This document shows, piece after piece, positions 48,275-60,167 of a stretch of DNA of 64,000 nt. Below the pieces are notes generated by a model. That model saw only the letters and a list, made by a program, of their open reading frames with translations. It did no database searches and was not told the DNA's origin. The translations under genes were made by a program, and so were the position numbers. Each line of letters begins with the position of its first letter. Position 1 is the stretch's first letter. The stretch covers positions 59,086,001 through 59,150,000 of the forward strand of contig NC_043013.1 in NCBI RefSeq assembly GCF_006345805.1, in the 5' to 3' direction. The DNA comes from Octopus sinensis. Taxonomy: Eukaryota.

Positions 48275-48790
48275 ACTCACATACATACATGTATACATAC
48301 ATACATACATACAAATATACATACATACATACATACACACATACATACATACATACATGTATACATACATACATACATACATACATACATGTATACATAC
48401 ATACATACATACATACATACATACAAATATACATACATACATACATATATACATACATACATACACACATACATACAAATATACATACATACATACATAC
48501 ATACATACATACATACAAATATACATACATACATACATACATACATACATGTATACATACATACATACATACAAATATACATGCATACATACATACACAC
48601 ACATACATACATACATACATACACACATACATACAAATATACATACAAATATACATACATACATACATACATACATAGATAAATACAAATACACATACAT
48701 TCATACAAACATACATACAAACAAACTTACATACATACAAACATACGTACATACATACATACATACATACATACATGCATACATACATTA
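48275..48790. repeat. (ATAC)n microsatellite
   Basis: Directly visible. Confidence 0.95.
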
Positions 48791-48829
48791 TATATACAGC
48801 GTCTGGTAAATAAACTGAAAGAATCCCAT

Positions 48830-48871
<42 letters not shown>

Positions 48872-49273
48872 TTTCTCCTTGTTGTGACATAATGTAATAA
48901 TTATAAAGCCTTGTGCCTCTAGCAGAAAGGATAATTATTATTATAATTAAGTACTTGCACAATTATTATTATCAAATAAGCACGGGACTGTGAGCTGGCA
49001 GAATCATAAACATGCCTGGCAAAATGCTTAGAAACATTTTGTCTTTTGTTCTTTTCTTTTTACTCTTTTGCTTGTTTCAGTCATTTGACTGTGGCCATGC
49101 TGGAGCACTGTCTTTAGTCAAATCAAATCGACCCCAGGACTTATTCTTTGTAAGCCTAGTACTTATTATTCTATCAGTCTGTTTTGCTGAACCGCTAAGT
49201 TATGGGGACCTAAACACACCAGCATCGGTTGTCAAGTAATGTTGGGGGGACAAACACAGATACACAAACATAT

Positions 49274-49344
<71 letters not shown>

Positions 49345-49377
49345 TGTATGTATATATATATATATATATATATATAC

Positions 49378-49762
49378 GAGCATGATCGTTGCCAGAGCAA
49401 CAAGGTGGCCTCCATGCTGCTGGCATGTAAAAAACACCATTCGAGCGTGATCGTTACCTGTGTTGCCTTACTGGCACTTGTGCTGGTGGCACGTGAAAAA
49501 ACATTCGAGCGAGGTCGTTGCCAGTGCGGCTGGACTGGCTCCTGTGCTGGTGGCACATAAAAAAAACACCATTTAAGCGTAGCCGTTGCCAGTACCGCCT
49601 GACTGGCCCTCGTGCCTGTGGCACGTAAAAGCGCCCACTACACTCTCGGAGTGGTTGGCATTAGGAAGGGCATCCAGCTGTAGAAACTCAGCCATATCAA
49701 GATTGGAGCCTGGTGCAGCCATCTGGTTCACCAGTCCTCAGTCAAATCGTCCAACCCATGCT
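49378..49762 (+). mobile_element. RTE LINE 3' UTR fragment with sub-repeats
   Basis: Matches 29580-29945. Confidence 0.7.
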
Positions 49763-49970
49763 ATTTCCGAATTTGTGTAAATGTGTATAGAAAAATATAT
49801 CAGTTGACTAAAGTTGAAACACAGTCTGGTTTCCATGTTGTTTATTATTCATTTAAAAAAAGAATTTATAATGTTGAAGTGTGTTAAGCATTAAAAAATA
49901 TTTTGTAATGTTCATAAAGTTCAATTAGTGCTTTCATATGTTTGTAGTAATCATCAGATTTCAAAATGTA

Positions 49971-51260
49971 CGAGGGGCGTTCAATAAGTAATGCCCCTGA
50001 CCCACTTCCCATAGCAGTAGAGCAACGAAACTTGGCACAGGTATTAGTCTTTTTCTACATAGGAACAACCCAGAGGTATGCATTTCTCCCATCGTTTGAT
50101 GCAGTTCTGGAGACCGTTTTCGTAGAAAACCCCAGCTTGGTCCTCCAACCACGACGTGACTTCAGAAATCAAGGCTGCATCATCTGGGAAACGCTTTCCT
50201 TTCAAAAACAACTTCATGGCTGGGAAGAGGTGAAAATCAGAGGGTGCAAGGTCAGGAGAGTAGGGGGATGGGGGAAGAGTTCATAGCCGCACGCCTGTCC
50301 TTCTGATCTGGCGACACGTGAGTTGTGGATCGGAGCGTTGTCCTGCAGGAGGAGGATGCCTTTGCTGATCTTGCCCCGCCTCTTGGTTTCGATAGCTTCT
50401 CTTAATTTCCTCAAAAGTGAAACATGATAGGCTCCTGTAATTGTGGTACCCTTTGCCAGGAAATCTGTCATCACTACTCCGTCTGGTCCCAGAAGACTGT
50501 GAGCATGACCTTGCCAGCGGAGGGCTGCACCCTTGCCTTCTTTGGAGGAGGTGAGTCATGGTGCTTCCACTGCATTGACTGGGCTTTGGTCTCTGGATCA
50601 TAGTGATGGACCCAGGTCTCATCCTGTGTAATCAGTCTTTTGAAAAATTTTGACTCATCTTCTTGGCACATCCCTAAATTCTTGCTTCTGGAATTCTTGC
50701 GTTCTTGCTTCTGGAAAAGTGTGAGCAACCTGGAAATCCATCTGGCAGACACCTTTTTGCATATGCAAATGGTCATGAATGATAGTTTCCACAGACCCGA
50801 TACTAATCTTGACCTCATGGGCTATTTGGCGAATAGTTATGCGTCGATCTTCCAAAATGGCAGCCTCAACTTGACGGACAGACGTCTCATCAAAGGCAGA
50901 AGGGGGTTGACCAGATCTGGGAGCTGTTTCCACAGAGTTCCGACCATGTTTGAATTCACGATGCCAGCGTTTTACAAGGTCATATGATGGGGCATCATCA
51001 CCATAAGTTACTTTCATTTCATCAAAAGTCTCCCGTGGTGTGCGTCATTTCAAATACAAAAACTGGATCACTGCTCGACACTCAACAGGCTCCATTTCAC
51101 ACTTGACTCATTTCAAACACCTGTAAATCAGAAACCACAATTAGTTCGGAGCTGTAATTCGCCACTTACTCTATAGAGATATCAATAATTGCACATGCAA
51201 GATCAGCTAGATCAAACAAAGGCAAGTGGGTCAGAGGCATTACTTATTGAACGCCCCTCG
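49971..51260 (-). mobile_element. Full-length mariner transposon (1290 bp)
   Basis: TIRs CGAGGGGCGTTCAATAAGTAATGCC.CTGACCCA and TA TSD at 49969-49970 and 51261-51262. Confidence 0.95.
50044..51095 (-). pseudogene. Mariner (D,D34D-type) transposase with stops and frameshifts
   Basis: MEPVECRAVIQFLYLK*...ITQDETWVHHYDPETK...GKVMLTVFWD...LLQDNAP...HPP...WEKCI...YVEKD*. Confidence 0.92.
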
Positions 51261-51262
51261 TA

Positions 51263-52165
51263 TTTAACTGACAGTTGAGTTCTTGACAACTGTAGTAAAA
51301 TGACTGATTTCTTCCGTTTTATACCTCTTAGAAGGCTCCAACAATCTGAATTGTGACCAATACACATGCAGCTTCAACGTCATCGTTTGCTGGGTGCACT
51401 GATATTATTGACATAGACCCCGTCTTTATTCTAACCAATTAGCTTGTGGTTTACACAAACTAGTTTTATGAATGAGCAAACTTTGTTGATTTCAATCATT
51501 TTTATTTCAACTGGTGGGAATCTTCTGTAATTTGTTTATATTCATATGTTAAAGATATTTTTTAATCCACATCATTAACTGGTTGTTATAATATTGTTGC
51601 TATTTCCGTTCAGAACAGGTTTGAACATTTTAATAAAACGTTTTTCTTTTACTTGTGTCGTGTAGTTTGCGGAAAGCTAAAAATTAGAAACATTTTCTGA
51701 CCACGTGTTTCTATATGTTCTCTCGATGGAATTTGTCAAACATTAGTGTTCCGGATTTGTTGTCTGTGGACTCGTGACCATTCCAATAATGTATTCCTTG
51801 TCTCGTTAATATATGGTTCCTTGCAATTAGAACATTTCATGCTATAGATCAAATTTCTGCTTTTGCAATTCATATCTGCATTTGTGAATATCTGTCCATT
51901 TTTTGTTCTAATGGATCTACCAGTATGCATATATTGACACGTTCCACATCTGTTCTCAATACACGTGAATACTATGAATGATCTATCCTGTTTATGTTGA
52001 ATTTTGCCTTTGTTAATAGTTTCTTTAGGTTATGTGGTTACCTTTTGCTTAAGATAAGTGTTTGATTAGTTATTATGTTTTTTAATTTTTCACTTTGTTT
52101 CATGATTGACAAATTTGTTTTGATGATGTTAAAATGTTTTGGTGATGAGATTGTGTGTTACAATA
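51263..52165 (-). mobile_element. Penelope-like element 3' remnant (GIY-YIG endonuclease region plus 3' UTR, probably continuing at ~49765-49968 beyond the mariner)
   Basis: ILSKR*PHNLKKLLTKAKF...RCGTC...NCKSRNLIYSMKCSNCKEPYINET...RVHRQQI...KEKRFIKMFKPVLN. Confidence 0.85.
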
Positions 52166-52394
52166 TATATATGTTTGTGTGTGTGTCTGTGTTTGTCCCC
52201 CAACATCGCTTGACAACCGATGCAGTTGTGTTTATGTCCCCATAGCTTAGCGGTTCGGGGGAAAAACCGATAGAATAAGTACTAGGCTTACAAAGAATAA
52301 GTCCTGCGTTGATTTAATCAACTAAAGGCAGTGCTCCAGCATGGCCGCAGTCAAATGACTGAAACAAGTAAAAGAGTAAAGAGTAAAGACAGAG

Positions 52395-52930
52395 TATCAT
52401 CATCATCATTTAACGTCCGCTTTCCATGCTACCATGGGTTGGACGGTTCAACTGGGGTCTGGGGAGCCCGAAAGCTGCACCAGTCCAGTCAGATCTGGCA
52501 GTGTTTCTACAGCTGGATGCCCTTCCCCTACCGCCAACCACTCCGAGAGTGTAGTGGGTGATTTTATGTGCCACCGACACAGGTGCCAGACGAGGCTGGC
52601 AAACGGCCACGCTCGGATGGTTTTTTTATGTGCCAGCACACACAGGGTGCCAGATGAGGCTGGCAGACGGCCACGCTCGGATGGTGTTTTTATGTGCCAC
52701 CGACACAGGTGCCAGACGAGGCTGGCAGACGGCCACGCTCGATGTGTTTTTTATGTGCCACCGACACAGGTGCCAGACGATGCTGGCAGACGGCCACGCC
52801 GGATGGTGTTTTTATGTGCCACCGACACAGGTGCCAGAGAGGCTGGCAAACGGCCACGATCGGATGGTGCTTGTTACGTGCCCACAGCACGGAGGCCAGT
52901 CGATGTTCATCGAGGCCATTGATGTTCATC
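52395..52930 (-). mobile_element. RTE 3' UTR fragment containing ~5 tandem ~61-bp units
   Basis: RTE tail at 52395-52555 and unit GGATGGTGTTTTTATGTGCCACCGACACAGGTGCCAGACGAGGCTGGCAGACGGCCACGCTC. Confidence 0.8.
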
Positions 52931-54608
52931 TATTTTGATTTGTTTTGATTTTCACTTGCCTCAACAGTCTTCACAAGTGTCACAAGAAGGAAGGTATGCA
53001 CAGGTGGACTGACTACGTCCCAGGTAGGCCATGGGTTATGGCCTGACTAGTCTTGCCGGGTCTTTGGATGGTGTTTTTATGTGCCACCGACACAGGTGCT
53101 AGATGAGGCTGGCGACGGCCACGATCGGATGGTGTTTGTCATGTGCCCACCGCACTGACTACGGCACTGATGGATTTCTTGTGTGCCACAGGCACTGGTA
53201 CCACATATATATATATATTATATATATATATATGTAGTATGTATGTATATGTATTATGTATGTATGATGTATATGTAGGTATATATATATATCATCATCA
53301 CCATCATCATCTGTATATGTACATCCATACACACACATATATATTCATATATGTATGTTTGTATGTATGTATATATATACAATACATGTATATAAATTAG
53401 AGAAGATTTTGTGTTCTTGCTTTAAGATATATTGTTGGATTATTGTTCGATTTTTTTTTAAATTACGTATTTTTATATGTATTTATATTTTCTTATTAAA
53501 TAATATACGTACATTTATTTAATTATTCTATTGTTTTTATCTTGGACCTAATGAGTGACTATATTTAAATTGAATTGATTTTACTGTTTTCAGTTTGAAA
53601 ATATAGCCACGAAACATGTGTAGTCTATTTACTAATTATATACTATTTATTTATTATTTTGTATTTTATTTACTTCTAGATAAATCTTTTATTGTATCTT
53701 TAATTTTTTTCTATATGGCATGATTTAAGTATATCATGGCTGAATTGCTACATGGTGGTTCTTCTCTAATTTATATACATGTATTATATATTGTGAAATT
53801 TGATTTAGTATTACTAAATTGAATTTTCCCATGTAAGTTTGGAATCATATTCCCTAATATTATATATATATATATATATATTGTTGTGTCTGGGGAGATT
53901 CATTCTCTTTTAGTGCCTTAGTATCTAACACACTCGCTGGTTCAGTTTCCACTCATTTACTTATTTATTTTTCCTAAAATTTTCGTTGCCTCTAGCAACC
54001 TTTTCAATAGTCATTGACTCTGTCCGTTATCCAAGCTGTGTTCTTTTTTGTTTGTTTGTGTGCATGCATATGGGTCACTGTGCATGTGCATACACATATA
54101 TACGTATGCATGCATGTATGTATGTATGTATGTATGTATGTATGTGTGTATGCATGCATGTGTGTGTATGCATATATGTATGTATGAATGTATGTATGTA
54201 TGTATGTATGATTGTATGTATGTATGTATATATGTGTGTACGTTTGTATGTATTCTCTATATTCATGTCTATGTGTGTTTGTATATGTGTGTGTGTGTTT
54301 GCATGTGCCTGTGTTTGCACCTGTGTCTGTTTGTGTGTGTGTACCTCTGTCTCCTTGTGTGTGCATGTCTGAGCGTGTCTGTGTATGGGTTTTTGTGACT
54401 ATATACTATGTCTGTTATGTATGGATGTGTGTCTCCTTATGTGTCCTTGTGTTAAGTGAAGTGTGTGTGTGTGTGTATAAGGTCACTTGTTTCAGTCTTC
54501 ACTTGTGTATGCATGTGTGCTTGTCTGTTCATATTACCTATGTACCTATCTATCTGTATGTCTATCTGTTTACATTCATATCCATTTACCTACATACATA
54601 TGCATATA

Positions 54609-55862
54609 CACAGACATGCAGGAAGTAAATAGACACCTTGAATTTTCAAAATTTCTGATCTAAGCGTCTTAATATGTAATTATTCTTTTTTTCATTCCAG
54701 GTGCCATTATATTAAACATTTGCGAAGAGTAACCATGCCACGCACAAAAAATTCAGCAGAACCATCAGATTTTCAAAGAGGTCGTATTGTTGGGCAATAT
54801 GAGGCTAGTCTTTGAAAATTTTCCAAATTGCCAAAAATCTTCAAATTCCTCTTGCTGGTGTTAATAGAATTATAGTGTAATTCAAAAGCCAAGGAAAAGA
54901 ATCAACAGATTCTCGTCCTAGCCGACCTGGGCCCCGGGAAAGGAAGCTTCGCTGTTTGAGAGAATTGTGCAAAACGAACCCCGTTCGAAGGCCTCTGACA
55001 TTGCAAAACAGCTAGAAGTTAGTCCAAGGACGTGTGTTACATATCTGCATAAGCTTGGGTATTATGGACGAGCAGCTAGAAGAAAACCTTTCCCTCAACC
55101 AATTAATATTATGAAAGGAAAGAAATGGGCTAAGGGGATGTCAGAAAAATCCAGTTCATTTTGGGATAGAGTGATTTTCTCAGATGAATCCAGATTTGCA
55201 TTATTTTCAGACAGTGGACGTGTTTGGGTCTGGAGGCTTCCCAATCAAGAATTTGATTTGAAGCGACTCCAACCAACTGTGAAACATAGTGGTATTTCTA
55301 TCATGGTATGAGGAGCTGTCACCAGCAATGGTCGTTCTGAGCTGATCAAATGTGTTGGAACCATAATCTCTGAAAAATACATCAAAATACTTAAGCAAGG
55401 ACTACTTCCAATATATTCACATGATAACATAACAAAAAATGAATTTTTATTCATGTAAGATGGGGCTCCATGTCACACAGTGAAAAGGAATCAACAATGG
55501 CTGACTGAAAATGGGATCATAAAGCTTCCTTGGCTGAGCCAATCTCCTGACATGAACCCAATTGAAAATCTTTGGAGCATACTAGATAGAGCTATATGAA
55601 AAACTCAACAGAAACCTAAATCTAAAGATGAATTGTTTTGATTGTTGCATGAAAAGAGGGCAGAAATTCCACAAGAGACAATCACAAAGCTCATCAGTTC
55701 AATGCCAAAAAGAGTTTCTGAATTAAAAACTGCAAAGGGAATGTCAACTAAATACTAAAGTATGTAGTCCTACCTATCGATTACATTTCAATTGTTTGCT
55801 TTGTGTATTAAATAAAATATTTTGAAAATTGAAAGTGTCTAGTTACTTTCTGCATGTCTATG
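54609..55862 (+). mobile_element. Tc1-like transposon (1254 bp)
   Basis: Imperfect TIRs CA(C/T)AGACATGCAG(G/A)AAGTAA(A/C)TAGACAC. The left flank is TA; the right flank is TG (mutated). Confidence 0.9.
54735..55758 (+). pseudogene. Tc1 (DD34E) transposase with stops and frameshifts
   Basis: MPRTKNSAEPSDFQRGRIVG...ARRKP...VIFSDESRF...PTVKH...*DGAPCH...SPDMNPIENLW...SMPKR...STKY*. Confidence 0.9.
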
Positions 55863-56007
55863 TGCATATATATATACGTATACGTATATACACAACCATA
55901 AACATATATACACATATAAATATATACACATATATACATCTACAAAACAACCCACTAACTATTCTATCGTTATATATATATATATGTATATATATGTATG
56001 TATGTAA

Positions 56008-56040
<33 letters not shown>

Positions 56041-56055
56041 ATATATATATATATA

Positions 56056-56086
<31 letters not shown>

Positions 56087-56090
56087 TATG

Positions 56091-56148
<58 letters not shown>

Positions 56149-56588
56149 TTATATATATATAAACTGTAGGTATAGGCGTATGACTACCTACCACGTATAT
56201 TTCCTATTTAGTACTGGCGATGTTTCATTTATGATGACGTAATCCTGTATTCGTCTGTGTTGGGTCCTTCACGTGCTTGAACACCCGAAGGACCCAACAC
56301 ACAGACAAGTACAGGAGTACGTCATCATAAATGAAATATCCCTCGTACTAAATAGGAAATATACGTAGTAGGTAGTCATACCCCTATACCCACAGATTAT
56401 ATATGTATACAAGTAGAATAGGTAGTGGGATGTTATGTAGATGTATGTATGTGTGGTGTATATATATATATATATATATATGTGTATATATGTTTATGTA
56501 TATGTACATATGTACATACGTATACATATATGTGTTTGTATGCAGGTAAATGGATATGAATGTAAACAGATAGACATACAGATAGATT

Positions 56589-56623
<35 letters not shown>

Positions 56624-56624
56624 T

Positions 56625-56681
<57 letters not shown>

Positions 56682-57685
56682 GTAGGTAGGTAGGTAGGTA
56701 GGTAGGTAGGTAGGTAGGTAGGTAGGTAGGTAAGTAGGTAGGTAGGTAGGTAGGTAGGTAGGTAGGTAGGTAGGTAAGTAGGTAGGTAGGTAGGTAGGTT
56801 GGTAGGTAGGTAGGTAGGTAGGTAGGTAGGTAGGTACATAAGTAATATGAACATACAAGCACACCTGCATACACAAATGAAGACCGAAAGTACGTGACCA
56901 TATACACACACACTTCACTTCATGCAAGGACACATATGAAGACATACACACACATCCATACATAACAGATGCAGTACATAGTCACAGAAACCCATACACA
57001 GACACACTCAGACATGCACACACAAGGGGACATAGGTGCACACATACACACACATACAAACACACAAACACGAACACACAAACATGAATATGCAGAATAA
57101 ATACATACAAACGTACATACATGTATAAATATAATATGCATACACACACACACACACATACATACATACAATCATACATACATACACACACACATACATA
57201 CATACAATCATACATACATACACACACACATACATACATACAATCATACATACATACACACACACATACATACATACATACATACATACATACATACGTA
57301 CGTACGTACATACATACATACATACATACATACATACATACATACATACATACATACATACAATCATACATGCATACATACATATGCATATGTGCATGGA
57401 CACTGACCTACAGACACGCACACTAACAAACATAAAAGAACACAGCTTGGATAACGGACAGAGTCAATGTCTATTGAAAAGGTTGCCAGAGGCAACGAAA
57501 ATTTTAGGAAAAAATAAATAAGTAAATGAGTGGAAACTGAACCAGTGAGTGTGTTAGATAATAAGGCACTAAAAGAGAATGAATCTCCCCAGACAAACAA
57601 AATATGCTTCAACACACGAACTCACATAAAGAATCTTGCAAATCAAATCTAAAAACGAAAATACATACATACATACATACATACA

Positions 57686-57717
<32 letters not shown>

Positions 57718-57827
57718 CATATATATACACATACATATAGATCTATATATATATATATAATATATATATATTATATATATATATATATATAACAAAGTTG
57801 AGTTGTGGGCTATTGCACGAGTGGAAT

Positions 57828-59204
57828 TATATACGAAAGAAGGTTTGAAAATGCAACTTAAAAGATGTTTATTTACTTAACCGGTTTCACTCTTTGGAAA
57901 AAGATTGTCAAAAGTAACATATGGAAGTTTGGTTGCGTTAATTATTGGTTGTTGCAAATTGCTACATTACATGTATATATACAGTCTTTGGTAACAGGGA
58001 CATGTTAAGGACATAAAAAAGTATAACAGTATGATGAGAATATAAAGAGGTTTAACAAGCTCATTGAAAAAATGGGCAGAAAAGATTAAAACAAATATAT
58101 TATACATCTTAGGGTAATTTCCAGGAGGAATTATCAAAAAAAGTTCAGTACAGAATATTATGAATTCAAAAAAATTTACATTAAGATTTACATTAATGTA
58201 GTGGCGAGGTTGTTTACTGACCTGTCCGTTTTAGCAGAAATGTGGGATTGAAAAAGATGTGTATGGCCCGCACACACGCGTAGACGCGCACGCGCACGGG
58301 CGGGCACGCATATATACACACACCATCCTACCCCAAAAAATTCTTTAAACAACACACATCTATTTTCACCACCCTGGAATCAATCAAAAACAGCCCCCAC
58401 ACACACGCAGACACTTGTATACGTGTATGTGCACGCACACAGGAACACACACACACTCACACCAATCTCACCTCCATACGGGCACATATATACACACGCA
58501 GCACCATGTCAAATGCCATCCACACTCATGCATGCGTACACACGCACGCACACGCACACACACACACGCACACACACGCACACACAACACCATGACAACC
58601 ACACACACTTGACAAACAGACGCCATCTGACCAAATACTACAGACACACAGACACATCTATTCACACCACATGTATATGTATGCACGCACACATACATGC
58701 AGAGACACACATATTCACCTCATCCTAACCCCAAAATCATTGATGCTTGAAGGAGAGCCAAGAAAAGAAAAAAACGGGTACATCTTTTTCAATCCCACAT
58801 TTCTGCTAAAACGGACAGGTCAGTAAACAACCTCGCCACTACATTAATGTAAATCTTAATGTAAATTTTTTTGAATTCATAATATCTGTACTGAACTTTT
58901 TTTGATAATTCCTCCTGGAAATTACCCTAAGATGTATAATATATTTGTTTTAATCTTTTCTGCCCATTTTTTCAATGAGCTTGTTAAACCTCTTTATATT
59001 CTCATCATACTGTTGTACTTTTTTATGTCCTTAACATGTCCCTGTTACCAAAGACTGTATATATACATGTAATGTAGTAATTTGCAACAACCAATAATTA
59101 ACGCAACCAAACTTCCATATGTTACTTTTGACAATCTTTTTCCAAAGAGTGAAACCGGTTAAGTAAATAAACATCTTTTAAATTGCATTTTCAAACCTTC
59201 TTTC

Positions 59205-59211
<7 letters not shown>
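57828..59211. repeat. Foldback element with ~433-bp inverted arms (~99% identical) and a CA-rich 519-bp spacer
   Basis: 57828-58260 is the reverse complement of 58780-59211; I counted about 4 differences. The ends are TATA. Confidence 0.92.
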
Positions 59212-59245
<34 letters not shown>

Positions 59246-59364
59246 AAATGGCTAAGATTTTTGGCTGCTATTTCTGAACTTCAGTGTGTGGTGAGGCAAT
59301 TCTTTTTATTAGTATTACTTTTTATTAGTAATACTAATAAACCCTTTTTATTAGTATTACTATA

Positions 59365-59391
59365 TATATATAGAGATAGATAGATAGATAG

Positions 59392-59462
<71 letters not shown>

Positions 59463-59469
59463 GATAGAC

Positions 59470-59555
<86 letters not shown>
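59365..59555. repeat. (GATA)n microsatellite
   Basis: Directly visible. Confidence 0.95.
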
Positions 59556-59769
59556 GTGTGTTTGTGGAACAGCTTTCCCATGCTTTACTCGCAATATTTC
59601 GTTTGGTGAATTTTCATTCCTATATAAGTTGAATTCGTTGCGCTTCTGAATGTGAGAACAAGGTTTCAGTTCCTTGATCAGGCAATGTTTTGTATTCTTG
59701 AAGAAAACACTTCACCTCATGTTGCTCTGTGATTGCTTTGACATTTGACATGTGATACACAATGCAATG

Positions 59770-60167
59770 CCCCTGTATGGATGGAAGCACTCCGTCGGTT
59801 ACGACGATGAGGGTTCCGGTTGATCCGAATCAACGGAACAGCCTGCTCGTGAAATTAACGTGTAAGTGGCTGAGCATTCCACAGACACGTGTACCCTTAA
59901 CGTAGTTCTTGGGGATATTCAGCGTGACACAGAGAGTGACAAGGCCGGCCCTTTGAAATACAGGTACAACAGAAACAGGAAGAAAGAGCGAGAGAAAGTT
60001 GTGGTGAAAGAGTACAGCAGGGATCCCCATCATCCCCTGCCGGAACCTCGTGGAGCTTTTTTAGGTGTTTTCGCTCAATAAACACTCACAACGCCCGGTC
60101 TGGGAATCGAAACTGCGATCCTATGACCGCGAGTCCACTGCCCTAACCACTGGGCCATTGCGCCTCC
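59770..60167 (-). mobile_element. tRNA-derived SINE family C
   Basis: Head GGAGGCGCAATGGCCCAGTGGTTAGGGCAGTGGACTCGCGG...GTTTCGATTCCC with A and B boxes. Confidence 0.8.

Larger units (their letters stand above)
53880..57605. repeat. Large foldback (family Z), centred at ~56279, with the left arm interrupted by Tc1
   Basis: 53880-54606 is the reverse complement of ~56530-57605; 55863-55975 of ~56400-56530; 56164-56270 of 56287-56395. Confidence 0.85.

Noticed and set aside
48264-48962. Long ORFs (up to 229 aa) such as YIHT/MYVC repeats, also at 54-57 kb
   Set aside because: They are translations of (ATAC)n, (TA)n and (GATA)n microsatellites.
56164-56395. Hammerhead in the central hairpin of the family Z foldback
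   Set aside because: ATGATGA and GAAA(C/T) motifs occur, but in an order and strand arrangement that cannot form the core.
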